Source: Chiloscyllium plagiosum (lineage: Eukaryota). Taken from it: a stretch of 64,000 bases of DNA. The position numbers and the translations under genes were made by a program. Every line of letters starts with the position of its first letter. Positions within the stretch are counted from its first letter, which is position 1. Location: the NCBI RefSeq assembly GCF_004010195.1, contig NC_057749.1, positions 12,302,833 through 12,366,832 of the forward strand. The letters run 5' to 3'. This document shows, piece by piece, positions 37,554 to 50,270 of this stretch. Below the pieces are notes generated by a model. The model did not search any database. It was not told the DNA's origin and saw only the letters and a list, made by a program, of their open reading frames with translations.

Positions 37554-39965
37554 GTTCCTCTATGGCCTCTGATAATGTCCTGTGATACACCTCATCACGT
37601 CCTGGAGATTTATCTATCTTAATGCGTTTATAGAATTCCAGTATCTTCGGTTTTGTAATGTGGGCTCTCTCCGAGACATCAATATTTCTTTCTTCCAGAG
37701 TGCAGGAGCAGGGATGGCCTGCTGCAATTTTGTAGTCCCTCGATGATATCACACCGAGAGTATTATGTGCAGTTTTGTTCTCCTTATCTGAGGAAGAATA
37801 TTCTTTCTATAGAGGGAGTACACCAAAGGTTTACCTAATTGACACTTGGGATGGAAGGACTGACGCGTGAGGAGAGATTAGGAGTCTGTTCGGATTGTAT
37901 TCACTGGAGTTTAAAACAACAAGGGGACATTTTATCGAAACCTGTAAAATTATAACAGGATTAGATGTGGGAAGGACGCATCACTCTCTGTGTGAAATAA
38001 TTGCCCAAATGGTCCATTTTGTATCTCTCTACTCCCACCTTAAATCTCTGCCCTCTCGTTTTAGTTTCCCCTAACATGATGAAAAACATTTGGTTATCTA
38101 ACTTAACAATGCCTCTCATGATAATATAAGGTCACCCCTCAGTCTCCTGCTATTCATGGAAAAAAATGTCCCAATCTATCCAATCTCTCCGTATAACTCA
38201 AACCGTCCAGTCCAGTAACATTCCCGTAAATCCTTTCCGCATTTTTCGAATTTAATAGAATTCTTTCTCGAGTAGGGTGACAACAACTGCACGCAGAACT
38301 CCAAATGTGGCCTCATCAACATCTTTTACAGATGCAACAAGCAGGCCCAACTCCTCTAATCAATGCTCTGACGTCTGAAAATAAGCATGTCAAAAGCTTT
38401 CTTCTCCACCCTATGTACCTGCGACTCCATTTTCATGAAGCTATGAACCTGCATCCCTAGACGTCTTTGTTTATAACACTTCCAAGAGACATAACAGTGA
38501 CTGTGTAAGTCCTGCTCTGGATTGTCTTAACAAAATGAAACACCTTGCATTTATCTAAAATAAACTCTGCCTGCCTTTCCTTAGCCCACTGGGTCAGGAA
38601 GTCAAGATCTTGCTGCATTCCCAGATATCATTCTTCAATTTCCACTCTAACACCAAACTTGGTGTCATTCACACTTCCACATTCTCATACAAATCATTTC
38701 TATAAATGATGAATAACAATGCACCCAGCACCAATCGCTGTGGCACGTCACTGGTCATATATTTGAAAAAGAACCCTCTACTACCACCCTTCGTGTTCTA
38801 CTCTCAAGCTAATTTTGTATCAATTGACTAGGTCTCCCAGGATTCTGTGAGATTTGACCTTTCTCAACAAACTACCATGCGATACCTTGTCAATGCCTTG
38901 CTAAAGTCTATGCTGACAAGATCTACCACACTCACCTACTTTCTTGCTGACCACTTCAAAAAACTCAATGAAATTCATGAGACATGATTTCCTCAGCACA
39001 AAACCATGCTGACTATGCCAAACGAGTTCTTGCCTCTCCAAATGCTTGCATATCTGTACTCTCACAATCCCCTGCAACAACGTACCACCACAGATGTCAT
39101 GCTTACCAGTCTGTAGCTCCCAGGCATTTGCCTGCAGCCTTTTTTGAATAACGGGACAACGTTAGCAACCTTAAAATCTTCGGGTACTTCATCCCTGGAT
39201 TTTGATTATACATATATTTCTCCGAGGGGTCCGGAAAGTTCCTCTATAGCCTCTCATAATGTCCTGTGATACACCTCATCACGTCCTGGAGATTTATCTA
39301 TTTTAATGCGTTTATAGAATTCCAGTATCTTCGGATTTGTAATGTGGGCTCTCTCCGAGACATCAATATTTCTTTCTTCCAGAGTGCAGGAGCAGGGATG
39401 GTCTGCTGCAATTTTGTAGTCCCTCGGTGATATCACACCGAGCGTATTATGTGCAGTTTGGTCCCCTTATCTGAGGAAGAATATTCTTTCTATAGAGGGA
39501 GTACACCAAAGGTTTACCTAATTGACACTTGGGATGGAAGGACTGACACGTGAGGAGAGATTAGGAGTCTGTTCGGATTGTACTCACTGGAGTTTAAAAC
39601 AACAAGGGGACATTTTATCGAAACCTGTAAAATTATAACAGGATTAGATGTGGGAAGGATATCCCACTGTGAGGTGTTGAGAACAAGAGGGCATAATTTA
39701 AAGATAAGGGAGGACTGAGGACTGACATGACATAAGATTTCTTTTGCCAGCGATTGATGGGTCTCTGGAATTCACTACCAGAGTAAGCGGTTGAGATTAA
39801 AACATTGTTCATTTTTAAGAAAGAGGTTAAGGTGTTCAACGGATGTGGGGGAAGGTGGGATTAGAGTATTAAGCTGGATGATCAACCATGATTAGTTTGA
39901 ATAGTTAAGTAGTTTTGAAGGTTCGAATGCTCTACTGCAGCTCTTATTTTCCACATTTCTATTCA
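37554..39965. mobile_element. Jumble of CR1 fragments on both strands, including a duplicated block of about 420 bp
   Basis: 37554-37976 is near-identical to 39238-39659; minus-strand CR1 RT at 37980-39240. Confidence 0.78.
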
Positions 39966-41206
39966 CCCAGTGGAAGTAACCAGAGAGACCTACTTCTCCA
40001 TGAATGTACTGGAAATTTTAAAGGCGGGAGCCACTGATTTGGAAGAAAGGGCTTGATATGGTCTTAAAGGTTGCTTGTCATTATCGATATGCATTTTAGC
40101 TCCAAATTTGCAATGAGTGGCTGGAATGGTTCAAGTGTCCCGGTTACGGCTCTCTTGTTTGAAAACAAACGCAAATATGTTAAATTACCTTCACTGGAAT
40201 TAACTACGTGGTAATTTGTTCAAGGTTTTCGTGAAGACCATGCATTCCACATACACCAAATTTCCCCGTCACCATATTTATTAAATGCTCAAAGAATGCA
40301 GTTATGAAACACAATTTCTACTCTTTTAAATCTGTGCTGCTCATTATCGACTGAAAATGCGCCCCACAATCGAAGGAATTGTCTTGAAATAAGGAGTGAG
40401 GGCAGAGACAAGGAAATGGAGAAATAAAGTATTTTATTGCTGATGTTTAGCGGAAGTCAAAATTACTATAACACATTATGAATTGAAAAGTCAAACTAAA
40501 TATCAATGTCCAATGAGAACAAATTGTAACTCAGACTTCGTCTGTTAGAATCCTGGAAAATCTCTACGTTGGGATTTCTTGCTAATTAAAAAAAGGAACT
40601 AATTCAAATAATGTGAGTAAATGTAAACCTTTCTTCCTTATAGCATCGGACTGTTCCTTTTTTGACCTTAAAATGGCTTGAGGAATTTTAGACATCCGAT
40701 TTTTAACTAATTGCAAAATTTAAAAGCACATATGAATCTTCTTCTGAATTTTACATTTTGTTCACGCTTGCGATCAATCTTACGTAGAAGCAGCTGAGAC
40801 ATACGATTAAACAAATGTGGGGCTTGTGTCTACATTGACTAAACGACTTATTGACTTGGGAATTTTGAAAGCTGCTAAATGTTTAGAAATTTCAATGTTT
40901 GGCAGGATTTGTGGCAAACTGTGAAAGCAGGCAGCCTGCTGTGTGAGGAAAAAAAATGACAAACACAATACCTGAGTCCGAGAGAGAGGGATAGAAAACA
41001 ATGGAGCTTTGGCCTCAAGACAGGAGAGCTGCAGACCATTATTCACTTGCTTTAATGAATCTTTGCTGCAGAAGGCTTGTAAATTGATAGGAGCCTGAAC
41101 ATGGGAAGCATTTGAAGTCAGAGAGTCCGAGCCTGTGTCAATACCTCGGAGGGAGATGGATTAATGACGTATATTGTCATGAGACAGTTCATACCACAGT
41201 ACAAAT

Positions 41207-44172
41207 TTAAAAATCACGCAACAGCAGGTTATAGCCCAACAGGTTTAATTGGAAGCACTAGCTTTCGTAGCACTGCTCCTTCATCAGGTGATTATGGAGC
41301 ATAAGACTGCAAGACACAGAATTTATAGCAAAAGTTTAAAGTGTGTTGTAACTGAAATTATATATCGCAAAATACCTAGATTATTTGTTAAACCTCTCAT
41401 CTGTTGGAATGACAATGTTGGTTTCAGTTCTTTCATATATAAATCGCAAAACTTTTTGTTAAAAGTTACGTTCTCAAGTGCACTTTAAGAATTGGTGTTG
41501 TGTCAGCCCAGATAATGTATTGAAGGTGTGAACTCCCCTGTGTGAGATTATCTGCCACAGTGGTTAGACTGATTCTAATCTTTAAAAAAATGGATTTAGA
41601 GAATCTCACATGGATTCATGCAGTTTTGGAGCAAAGTAGGACGTATTTCTGCAAGCAAAAATTCATACCACAAACTTATATATGTCTGTGTGCAAGTGGG
41701 TGTGTGTATGTATGGGTGAGGGTATTATGAATGTCTGTGAAAGAGTGCTGGCATGTGTGTAAGTGCAAAGGGGTATAACTCTATGAGGGTGCATTTGTGA
41801 GTGTGGGAGTGTATGCGTGAGCATCTGCGAGTGTCTGCTTGAGTGTGTGTGCCTGTAGGAATATGTGTGTGTGTGTAGGAGTGTCTCTCTCTCTCTTTCT
41901 CTGTATGTGTGCCTGCGTGTAGGAGTGTCTGTGTGTGCATCTGTCTCTGTGTGTGTGTACAGTGCAATGGGGGTCACTTGCAGTGTGACATGAACCCAAG
42001 GTCCCGATTGAGGCCATCCCCACGGGTACTAAACTTGGCTGTCATTCTCTGCTCGGCCGCTTTCCATTGCTGCCTGTCCCGAAGTCTGCCTTGGAGGATG
42101 GTCACTCGAAGGTCCGAGGTTCAATGACCGCCGAAGTGTTCTCCAACTGGGCGAGAACACTCCTGTCTGTTGATTATTGTGCGGTGCCCATTCATCTGTT
42201 GCCATAGCCTCTGTTCGGTCTCACCAATATACCATACCTCAGGGCCGCCTTGCCCGCAGCGTATGAGATAGACAACGTTGGCTGAGCCGTATGAGTACCT
42301 GCCATGTATATAGTGGGAAGTGTCACCACGCAGAATAGTGGTATCCACGTCCACACTCTGCCACGTCTTGCTGCATCTACCGTGATAGTTATATGGCATT
42401 GTCTTGAGGTTTGGTGGTTGCTCAAAGGCAAGCAGTGGAGGTGTGGGGAAGGTCTTGGTGAGGTGCTCATCCTCATTGATAATGTGCTGCAGGCTGTGAA
42501 AAAAAACATGGCATAGATTTTTGCCTTCTGGGAAGTACTGGATAATGAAGGGTACCCTGTCGGTTGCAACACGCATTTGTCTCCTGAGGAGGTCATTATG
42601 GTTTCTCGCTGGGGCATGTTGGAACTGGCAGTTAATGAGTTGAGGCATCCTTGAGTAGTTCCAGGTGCCTGTCACGTTCCTCCTCATCTGAACAGATCCA
42701 GTCCATGCGCAGGGCTTATCCATAGGGGATGGCTGTTTTAATATGTTTTGGGTGGAAGCTGGAGAAGTGTAGCATCGTGATGTCATCCGTATGTTTGCGG
42801 TAGAGTGAGATGCTGAGGTGCTCATCCTTGATGGAGATACTTGTGTCCAAGAACGAGATAGATATTGGAGAGTAGTCCATGTTGAGTTTGATGAAACTCG
42901 TTGATATCGTTGTGTAGGTTTATCAGTAACTCCTCGCCATGGGTCCAGAGAAAGAAAATATCGTCAATGTACCTGGTGCCGGTTGGAGGTCGTGCCTAGA
43001 AAAGAAGTCTTGTTCGAACCTGTGCATGAAAATGTTGGCATATTGGGGTGCAAATTTGGTCCCCATGGATGTTCCGTGTGTCTGGACAAAGGACTGGTTG
43101 TCAAAGGTGAAGACATTGTGATCGGGAGTAAAGTAGATGAGTTGTAGGACGCTGCTCAGAGATTGGCAGTTGCTAGTGTTGAGTACTGAGGCTGTTTCTG
43201 CAATGCCATCATTGTGGCGGATGCTGGTGTAGAGTGCTGAAACGTCCACTGTGACGAAGAATGTTCTGGGTTCGACTGATCCGTGGGTGCCGAGTTACTG
43301 TAAGAAATCTGTAGTGTCACAAAAGAAGCCGGGGATTCCCTGTACAGTGGGTTTCACGATGCCTTCGACATAGCCAGAGATGTTCTCACACAGGGTCCCA
43401 TTGCCTGATACAATGGGAGATCCTTGTGTATTGGCTTTGTGTATCTTCAGAAGGCAGTAGAAGTCACCTACGTGAGGAGTATGTGGGATGAGGGTGCTTA
43501 GGGAACTCTGAAGGACTGGATCCAAAATCCTGATCAATGTGTTTAGTTTACGGGTGTGCTGTTTGGTCGGATTGGCTGGTAGTTGCCTGTAATGTTCCTG
43601 GTTGTTCGATTGTCAGTACACCTCCTTGCAGTAGTCTGTTCTATACTGAATAACGATGGCACCTCTTTAATCTTTTGATTTGAATACAATGTTGTCGTTG
43701 GTTTTGAGAGCATGGATGGCGTTGTGTTGTGATCGGGTGATGTTTTGCTCTACCTTGTGGACATGGCTAATGAATCTGACATTTACATATTTCCTGATGG
43801 CTTGCACATGTCAAGTCCAGGGAAGTGGCTTTCTGGTGGGGGCCAAGTTGACTCCTTCTTTGGTCGCTCCTCTACGGATCCCTGTTGTGATATTTCTGTT
43901 TCATTGATGGGCTCATTGGGATCACTACCGACATCTTGAAAGAATTCCTTGAGTCTCCTTCGTCTGATGAATTCCTCCGTGTCTGCTGAAAGAACCATGG
44001 AATCCATTTTGGTGGTGTGGCAAAATTGAGACCCCTGCTAAGGACTTCGATTTCTTCCAGTCGAAGAGCGTGGTCTGATTTGAGGTTTGGTGGTTGTTTA
44101 AAGGCGAGCAGTGGAGGTGTGGGGAAGGTCTTGGCGGGGGGCTCATCCTCATTGATAATGTGTTGCAGGCTG
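41207..44172 (-). mobile_element. Decayed Penelope-like element (second family), RT + GIY-YIG
   Basis: RT 'MDVSALYTSI...GTSMGTKFAPQYANIFM'; 'FYCLLKIHK...PIVSG'; GIY-YIG 'SANVVYLIRC...YIGET'; (GT)-rich 3' region at 41690-41960. Confidence 0.9.
41256..41290 (-). ncRNA. Putative minimal type I hammerhead ribozyme at the Penelope 3' terminus
   Basis: CAC-CTGATGA-AGGAGCAGTGCTAC-GAAA-GC-TA-GTG: core boxes, stem I CAC/GTG, palindromic stem III; one stem II mismatch. Confidence 0.65.
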
Positions 44173-44539
44173 GCCAAATAACAAGGCCAATTTCGATGTT
44201 ATTACCCAAGAACTTTTAAATGTTAATTGGGAGAGACTGTTCGCTGGTAAAGGGTCATCTGATAATTGGGAGGCTTTGGAAAATGATATAACGAGAGTTC
44301 AGGGAGAGTATATTCTTGTTGAAGCGCAAGGCTAGCAGGAACAGAGAACACTGGTTGACTGAAATATTGAGGCACTGGTCAAGTGACCGAGTTTGGTCCA
44401 GCCTATAACGAATTGGGGCATTTTGTCAAGATCAATATGCTTAATTCCAGGTTGTGTTTAGGATTATTGGACTGAAAAGCAGCAGTGGTAAGTTTGGGCA
44501 TGTTTTATTTCAGTTATTAAATTTGGTTAATTTAAACGG

Positions 44540-47030
44540 TGTATGACTTCTGTAAGAACAGCTCTTTGAGTCATGAGGACTTTCATTGGGGGTGGAAGAC
44601 GTCATTTTGGGGGTTTTACAGAACGTGAGCAAAGCAAATATTTTTGGATTGGTAAACAAACTGAAGTTGGAGTTGTCTGTGTCAAAGAGGAAAGGGGAAA
44701 TAGTTGTGGTAATTTTACAGCATTTACAATTGCCAGGAATGCAATCGGAATCGGTGGGAATGGCTGAAATTGAATTGCAAATAATGCAGCTTGAACATGA
44801 AAAGGAAATGAAAGAGTCTGAATAACGATTTAAAGCAGAGGGAAAAGAAAAGGAAAGGCCGGCCCAAGCAGAAGAAAGACGGAAAGTGAGGGAAGAAAGG
44901 GAGAGGGTGAGAGAAGGAAGGGAGAAAGAGAGAGAATCTGAACTTCAGAGTTTGCAACTGTGAACTCAAAGTCTACTTAAAATGCCGCAGGTAGAGATGA
45001 AAAATAGGAGTAGTGATGAGGACAGTGATGGAGAGCAAACTGGTTAAAAATGTCCAAGTATTGCTTAAGTTTGATGAGAAGGATGTAGAAGCCTTTTTCA
45101 TTTCATTTGAAAAAGTGGCTAACGAAATGAAATGGCCATTGACCATTTGGGTATTATTCAATTAAACAAAGTTGTTAGGTAGAGCTGGTGAGGCATTTCC
45201 GTCAGTATCAGAGAAGGCATCTGGGGAGTATAATGACTGACAAAATGCTATCTTAAGTGCACATGAGCTAGTAACAAAAGGCGATCGACAATGTTTCACA
45301 AAGCAAAGGAGGAAAGCTGGTCAAATATACATTGAGTTTGAAAGGATCAAACAAATTAATTTTGAAAGGTTGCCAGCCAGGGCATTGAAAACACATCAAA
45401 GATATGACGGTCTTACAGAGATGTTCATTTTGGAGGAATTCAAAAATTCACTTCCTGAAGTAATGAGAACTCATCTGGAAGAGCAGAGAGTTAAGGCTGC
45501 AAGACTGGCAGCGGAATTGGAAGATCATTATGAGTTGGATCATAAGTCAAAGTTTGGCTTCTGACATCAATTTCAATCTGTGAGGGATAGAAATTTGGGA
45601 AAAGAGAAATCCTTGTTTGGTAAGGGAAAACGGGATATCATTGAAGATAACAAAGATAGTTTACCAGAAGGGAAAAGGAAGCCCGTGAGGGGCAATGAGA
45701 AGACAAAAAAAGTTCAGGTGTTTACACTGCAATAAAGTTGGCCACAAGGAGTCGCAGTGTTTACATTTGAGAGAAAGCACTAGGAAAACGGATGTGAGAC
45801 AACAGGATAGACCAGTGAGTCTTGTTGACGTTGCAATGAAAAACAAAGGGGAAGCAAAAAATCTCAAGCAGATTGTACAACTTGGTCAGGGGGTTGGTTA
45901 AGCGCAAAGTGCCAAATCTCTTTAAATAATTTACTTGTGAGGGTAAAGTTTACTCGTAAATGCCAAGAGGAGCGGGAAAAGAAATTAAAATTTTAAGAGG
46001 TACAGGAGCAAGTCAATCTTTGATGGTGAGAGATTATGAGACCTGTGATTCAGAAGGAGTAATGCCTGAAAAAGGTGTAATATGTGAAATTCACAGTGAG
46101 GAGAGTAGTATTCCATTTTGTAAAGGAAGGTTGGAGAGTCTTTTTGAAAAGTGATGAAGCAGTAATAGGACTAATAGAGAAATTCTCGGTTCCAGGAATA
46201 TGGCTTCTCCTTGGTATTGGTATCAGTGAATGGCAGGTGGGAATGTTGCTTACTGTTCTTGAAAAGCTACCGGAAAATCAGACAATGAGGTATTACAGAA
46301 AGTATATCCTGGGACTTTTCCTGATTATGTGGTAACATGATCAGAAAGCCACAGGCTGAATCAAAAGGAGAAATGAAAGAATGAAGTTAAGGATTTCGGA
46401 GTTCAATTTATCAGAGATCATGTTTGATCAAATTATTGAGAAATTTCAAGGTTGTGTAGGACAAAATGGATATTTTTAATTCAGAGAAATTAACTGAATT
46501 AGAACAGAAAGATGGGAAACGAAAGCAGTTGTATCAAAAAGTGTACTTAGAAAATAGAATCTGAGTATATCCCAGAACGTTACTATCTTAAAAATGATAT
46601 ATTGACAAGGAAATGGAGAAGATCACATATTCAGGTGGATGAGACACGAGCAGAATTCCACAACATTTTATTACTGGTGGGCTATAGAAAATAAGTGTTG
46701 CAGTCGGCACATGAATTAACAGTAGGAGATCAGTTGGGAGTAAGGAAACCTCAAGCCAAAACACAATAAACATTTTTGTTGGACTGGGTAGCATAAGAAT
46801 GGGGTTGGATTTTGCCAGACAAGTCATATGTGTCAGGCGATTGGAAAACCTCAGGCAGTGATGAAACCAGTACCCTTAATACTCATTCCCACAATTAAGG
46901 AACTTTTTACAGGTCCTAATCGATTGCATGGGACCCTTACATAAAAAAAAACTCGGTATTTTTCGACTATAATGGATATACCTACTATATTTCCAGATTC
47001 CATTCTATTATGCAATATCACAGCTAAAAT
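44540..47030 (+). mobile_element. Decayed Gypsy LTR retrotransposon internal region, Gmr1-like (gag-protease-integrase)
   Basis: gag 'KFDEKDVEAFFISFEKVA', SCAN-like 'ILEEFKNSLP', knuckle 'CLHCNKVGHKESQC', protease 'ILRGTGASQS', then integrase-like 'AHE...LGVRK' and 'LIDCMGPL'. Confidence 0.85.
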
Positions 47031-48257
47031 GAGAAAAATGACCTGGATTTATTCAGTGAACATCATGACCAGGCATCATTTTCGTGCCTTCCCTCTTTTC
47101 TTTGAAAACTGTTCTACTTGAATAATCAGCCACTGTCCTCCTCACTGATTCTTTCGAAACTGACTCTACTGCAATTCCAGGCATTGTGTTCCTGTTGCGA
47201 ATGACTCCTGTGAAAAAATATTTTTCCAACGTCCCACGTTCACCTTTTACAAACCATTTGAAACCAGTAACATTCTGTTTTTGACCTCTAACGAGTGAGA
47301 ATAGTTGATGTCCAGCTTCTTCATCCAGTCCAATGACTATTTTGAAAATTACATTAGATGTCCTCATGGATTTTTGTTTCTCAAAGACTTCGTGAGATGA
47401 AGAAGAATGAGACAGCAAAAGTGTTTCACGTGCTGGTGAGTCTATAACTAAAAATGCAGTCAGAACTTTCAGGGGAGAAACTGCGAAAGAGTTCCTCACT
47501 AAAACGTGACAAATTTTTGGATGTGACAAATAACTGACATCCATTAATTATTTCAAGTTGGAGCTTGCTAAATTCCAGCCACCTACATGTAACAGGGAGG
47601 GTGAAACTTTTGCGACGATAGTGTTAAGTGATAGATGAACCTTATTCAACTACATGCTAGGGATTAATTAACCTCCTGCTGTGTTCTGTTCTGCGACTGC
47701 ATGTTCAACCAAGAACAATTCACCTCCTGAATTTAACTTTTCTTTCACCCTTCTACCAGATACATTAACTTCTCTGCTTTAAGGTGATAGAGACTTTTAG
47801 CATTGCGGGTGTGTTTATAGAAGTGCGAACTTCCATTGCTTCAACAGTCATTTGAACACATTTTTTTAAAGAAAAAGATATAAAAGATATGAGAGCTGGT
47901 GCAAGAATATCGAAAGGCAAGGACAATGTTCTTTTTGGAGGACTCAGAAAAACTTTCAAATGAGAATTAGTTCCACGGATGCAGTAGTGGGGCTCGATTT
48001 TTCACCAGTCCCGTGTGAAGAAAATCCAGATTATTTTTAACATGCTTGAATCAAATTACTTTCTCTAACAACATGTTTGTTGAAGTATCTACGTTAACGA
48101 TCATGTTCTGAGAATATTATTGTGCTCAGCACAGCTATTTTATTTTGGTGGGTGACAATAAATTGGTATGTTTATTCAGCAACAATTAAATTTAACTTAA
48201 ACATTATGACTTCCACAGTTGAGACATTTTGGTGAGCGTATGTAATAATTGTTAAAT

Positions 48258-48900
48258 TCAATTTTGTTGAACGACTGAGGGAGATAGTTCAGTGTTCGTT
48301 GTAGCATTTTTCTCAGTTGCTTTGGTTTCCACAAGCATAAAGCGACATTTCAGTATATTGAACAGCTCCTGTCTAAACCTATTCTGGGCCACTGCATAAA
48401 TGACAGCGTTTGTGTAGGAGCTCAGAAGCTGCAGCATGATGCCTACCGTTTTGAAAATTTCCAAAGGGTTGACTATCGATCTGAGATTAAAATGACCTTT
48501 AATTCTAAAGCGTAAGAAATACGATACTGTTGTTATCCACAGCAGGAGAAAATTGACAGATATTGAAAAAAGTAAAACAAATGACTTTCTCCGGTTCTTC
48601 ATTTCGGGGTCCTCGCCTTTTTCCTCATTGCTCTTGTGGATCCGAAGGTTCCTTCGGGCATGACTAGCCACGAAAATGCACCTGACTGTGAGAATGTTAA
48701 AGTTCAAAATCAAAAGGAACGGAAGAATTGGTGTTAAAAGCTGTTCCAAGTAAGAAAATGCTATCCCTGTAAACTGTATGTAAATTGCTGATGATTCTAT
48801 ACAGCTGATGATGACATTCAACTTTTATGCATTGAAAGAGAGTGATTCATCAATTTCTCTGAATGTTTGAAGCTCGGTAAGAACGACAAGTACATGGATG
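48258..48900 (-). pseudogene. GPR139/GPR142-like GPCR fragment (about TM4/5 to C-terminus)
   Basis: 'LTPILPFLLILNFNILTVR...DPEMKNRRKSFVLLFSISVNFLLLW...LQLLSSYTNAVIYAVAQNRFRQEL'; an upstream in-frame stop, then a repeat at about 48900. Confidence 0.78.
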
Positions 48901-49463
48901 TGGAGGAGCCAGTGTTGGACTGGAGTGTACAAAGTCCAAAATCACACAAGACCAGCTTATAGTCAAATGTAATATATGACACATGGCTCAATGTGACTGC
49001 TCAAGGAAGAAAAAATACTTAAAAAAGCACGAATCACACTTTGTTGCAATTGGCCAGAGACTTAAATACGATGACATTTAAAATTATCATCCAAGTATTT
49101 AAAGGTTTTCCTTCTCCACTACCCTCCAAGACAGTGTGTTGTAGACAGCCTTCATCATCCATGTGAATTTTCGTACAGGATTCCCCTCTTAATCTTTTGC
49201 CTTTCACCTTGAAATTATACCATCTTGGTAAGCCTTCAACTAGCGAGAACCGATGATTTCCATCCATTGTACTGAAGTTCCTCTACGTGTTATAGACGTC
49301 AATCAGGCACCCTCTCAGTTTTCTGTGCTCCAAAACAAGCAACACGAGCTAATTCAGCCTCTCTTCATAACTAACACTCTCCATCTCCGCCATCATTCTC
49401 TCTAACCTGAGTTTGTGCAACCGTATCATTTCTAAGTTGTGGTAACCAGGACTGCACACAAAT

Positions 49464-50270
49464 GGCTGCATGGTGGCTCAGTAGCTGGCACGGCTGCCTC
49501 AAAGCGACAGGGTACTGGGTTCGATTCCAGCCTCAGGTGACTTTCAGTGTCGAGGTTCCACATTCTCCCCGTGTCTGCCTGTGTTTCCTCCAGTTGCTGT
49601 GGTTTCCTCACACAATCCAGAGGTGAGGTGAATTGGTAATGTGAAATTACTAGAGGGAGGAAGAGAGCTTCTTCAAGGAAGGCATCCTTGTAAGGGAGAT
49701 ATGGCTGTGGTAGCGAGTCTGGGAGATATGGCTGTGGTAGCGAGTCTGGGAGATATGGCTGTGGTAGCGAGTCTGGGAGATATGGCTGTGGTAGCGAGTC
49801 TGGGAGATATGGCTGTGGTAGCGAGTCTGGGAGATATGGCTGTGGTAGCGAGTCTGGGAGATATGGCTGTGGTAGCGAGTCTGGGAGATATGGCTGTGGT
49901 AGCGAGTCTGGGAGATATGGCTGTGGTAGCGAGTCTGGGAGATATGGCTGTGGTAGCGAGTCTGGGAGATATGGCTGTGGTAGCGAGTCTGGGAGATATG
50001 GCTGTGGTAGCGAGTCTGGGAGATATGGCTGTGGTAGCGAGTCTGGGAGATATGGCTGTGGTAGCGAGTCTGGGAGATATGGCTGTGGTAGCGAGTCTGG
50101 GAGATATGGCTGTGGTAGCAATGTGAAATTACCCCTAGTGTTCAGGGATGTGTCGGTGACGGATAAATGTGGATCATTAGCGTAGGGTGTGAGTCGGATA
50201 CCCTTCAGAATGTCACTGTGGATGTGCTGGGTTGAAGGCCTGTGTCAACATTGTAGTGGTTAGACAATTC
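49464..50270 (+). mobile_element. V-SINE interrupted by a minisatellite-bearing insertion
   Basis: SINE head and core at 49464-49650; the SINE resumes at 50120 after a duplicated AATGTGAAATTAC. Confidence 0.8.
49694..50119 (+). repeat. Perfect 27-bp minisatellite, about 15.8 copies
   Basis: (GGGAGATATGGCTGTGGTAGCGAGTCT)n. Confidence 0.97.

Noticed and set aside
41663..42023. His/Thr-rich ORFs
   Set aside because: Degenerate (CA/GT)n tract.
49432..50126. ORFs with PQPYLPDSL / GDMAVVASL repeats
   Set aside because: By-products of a stop-free 27-bp minisatellite inside a SINE.
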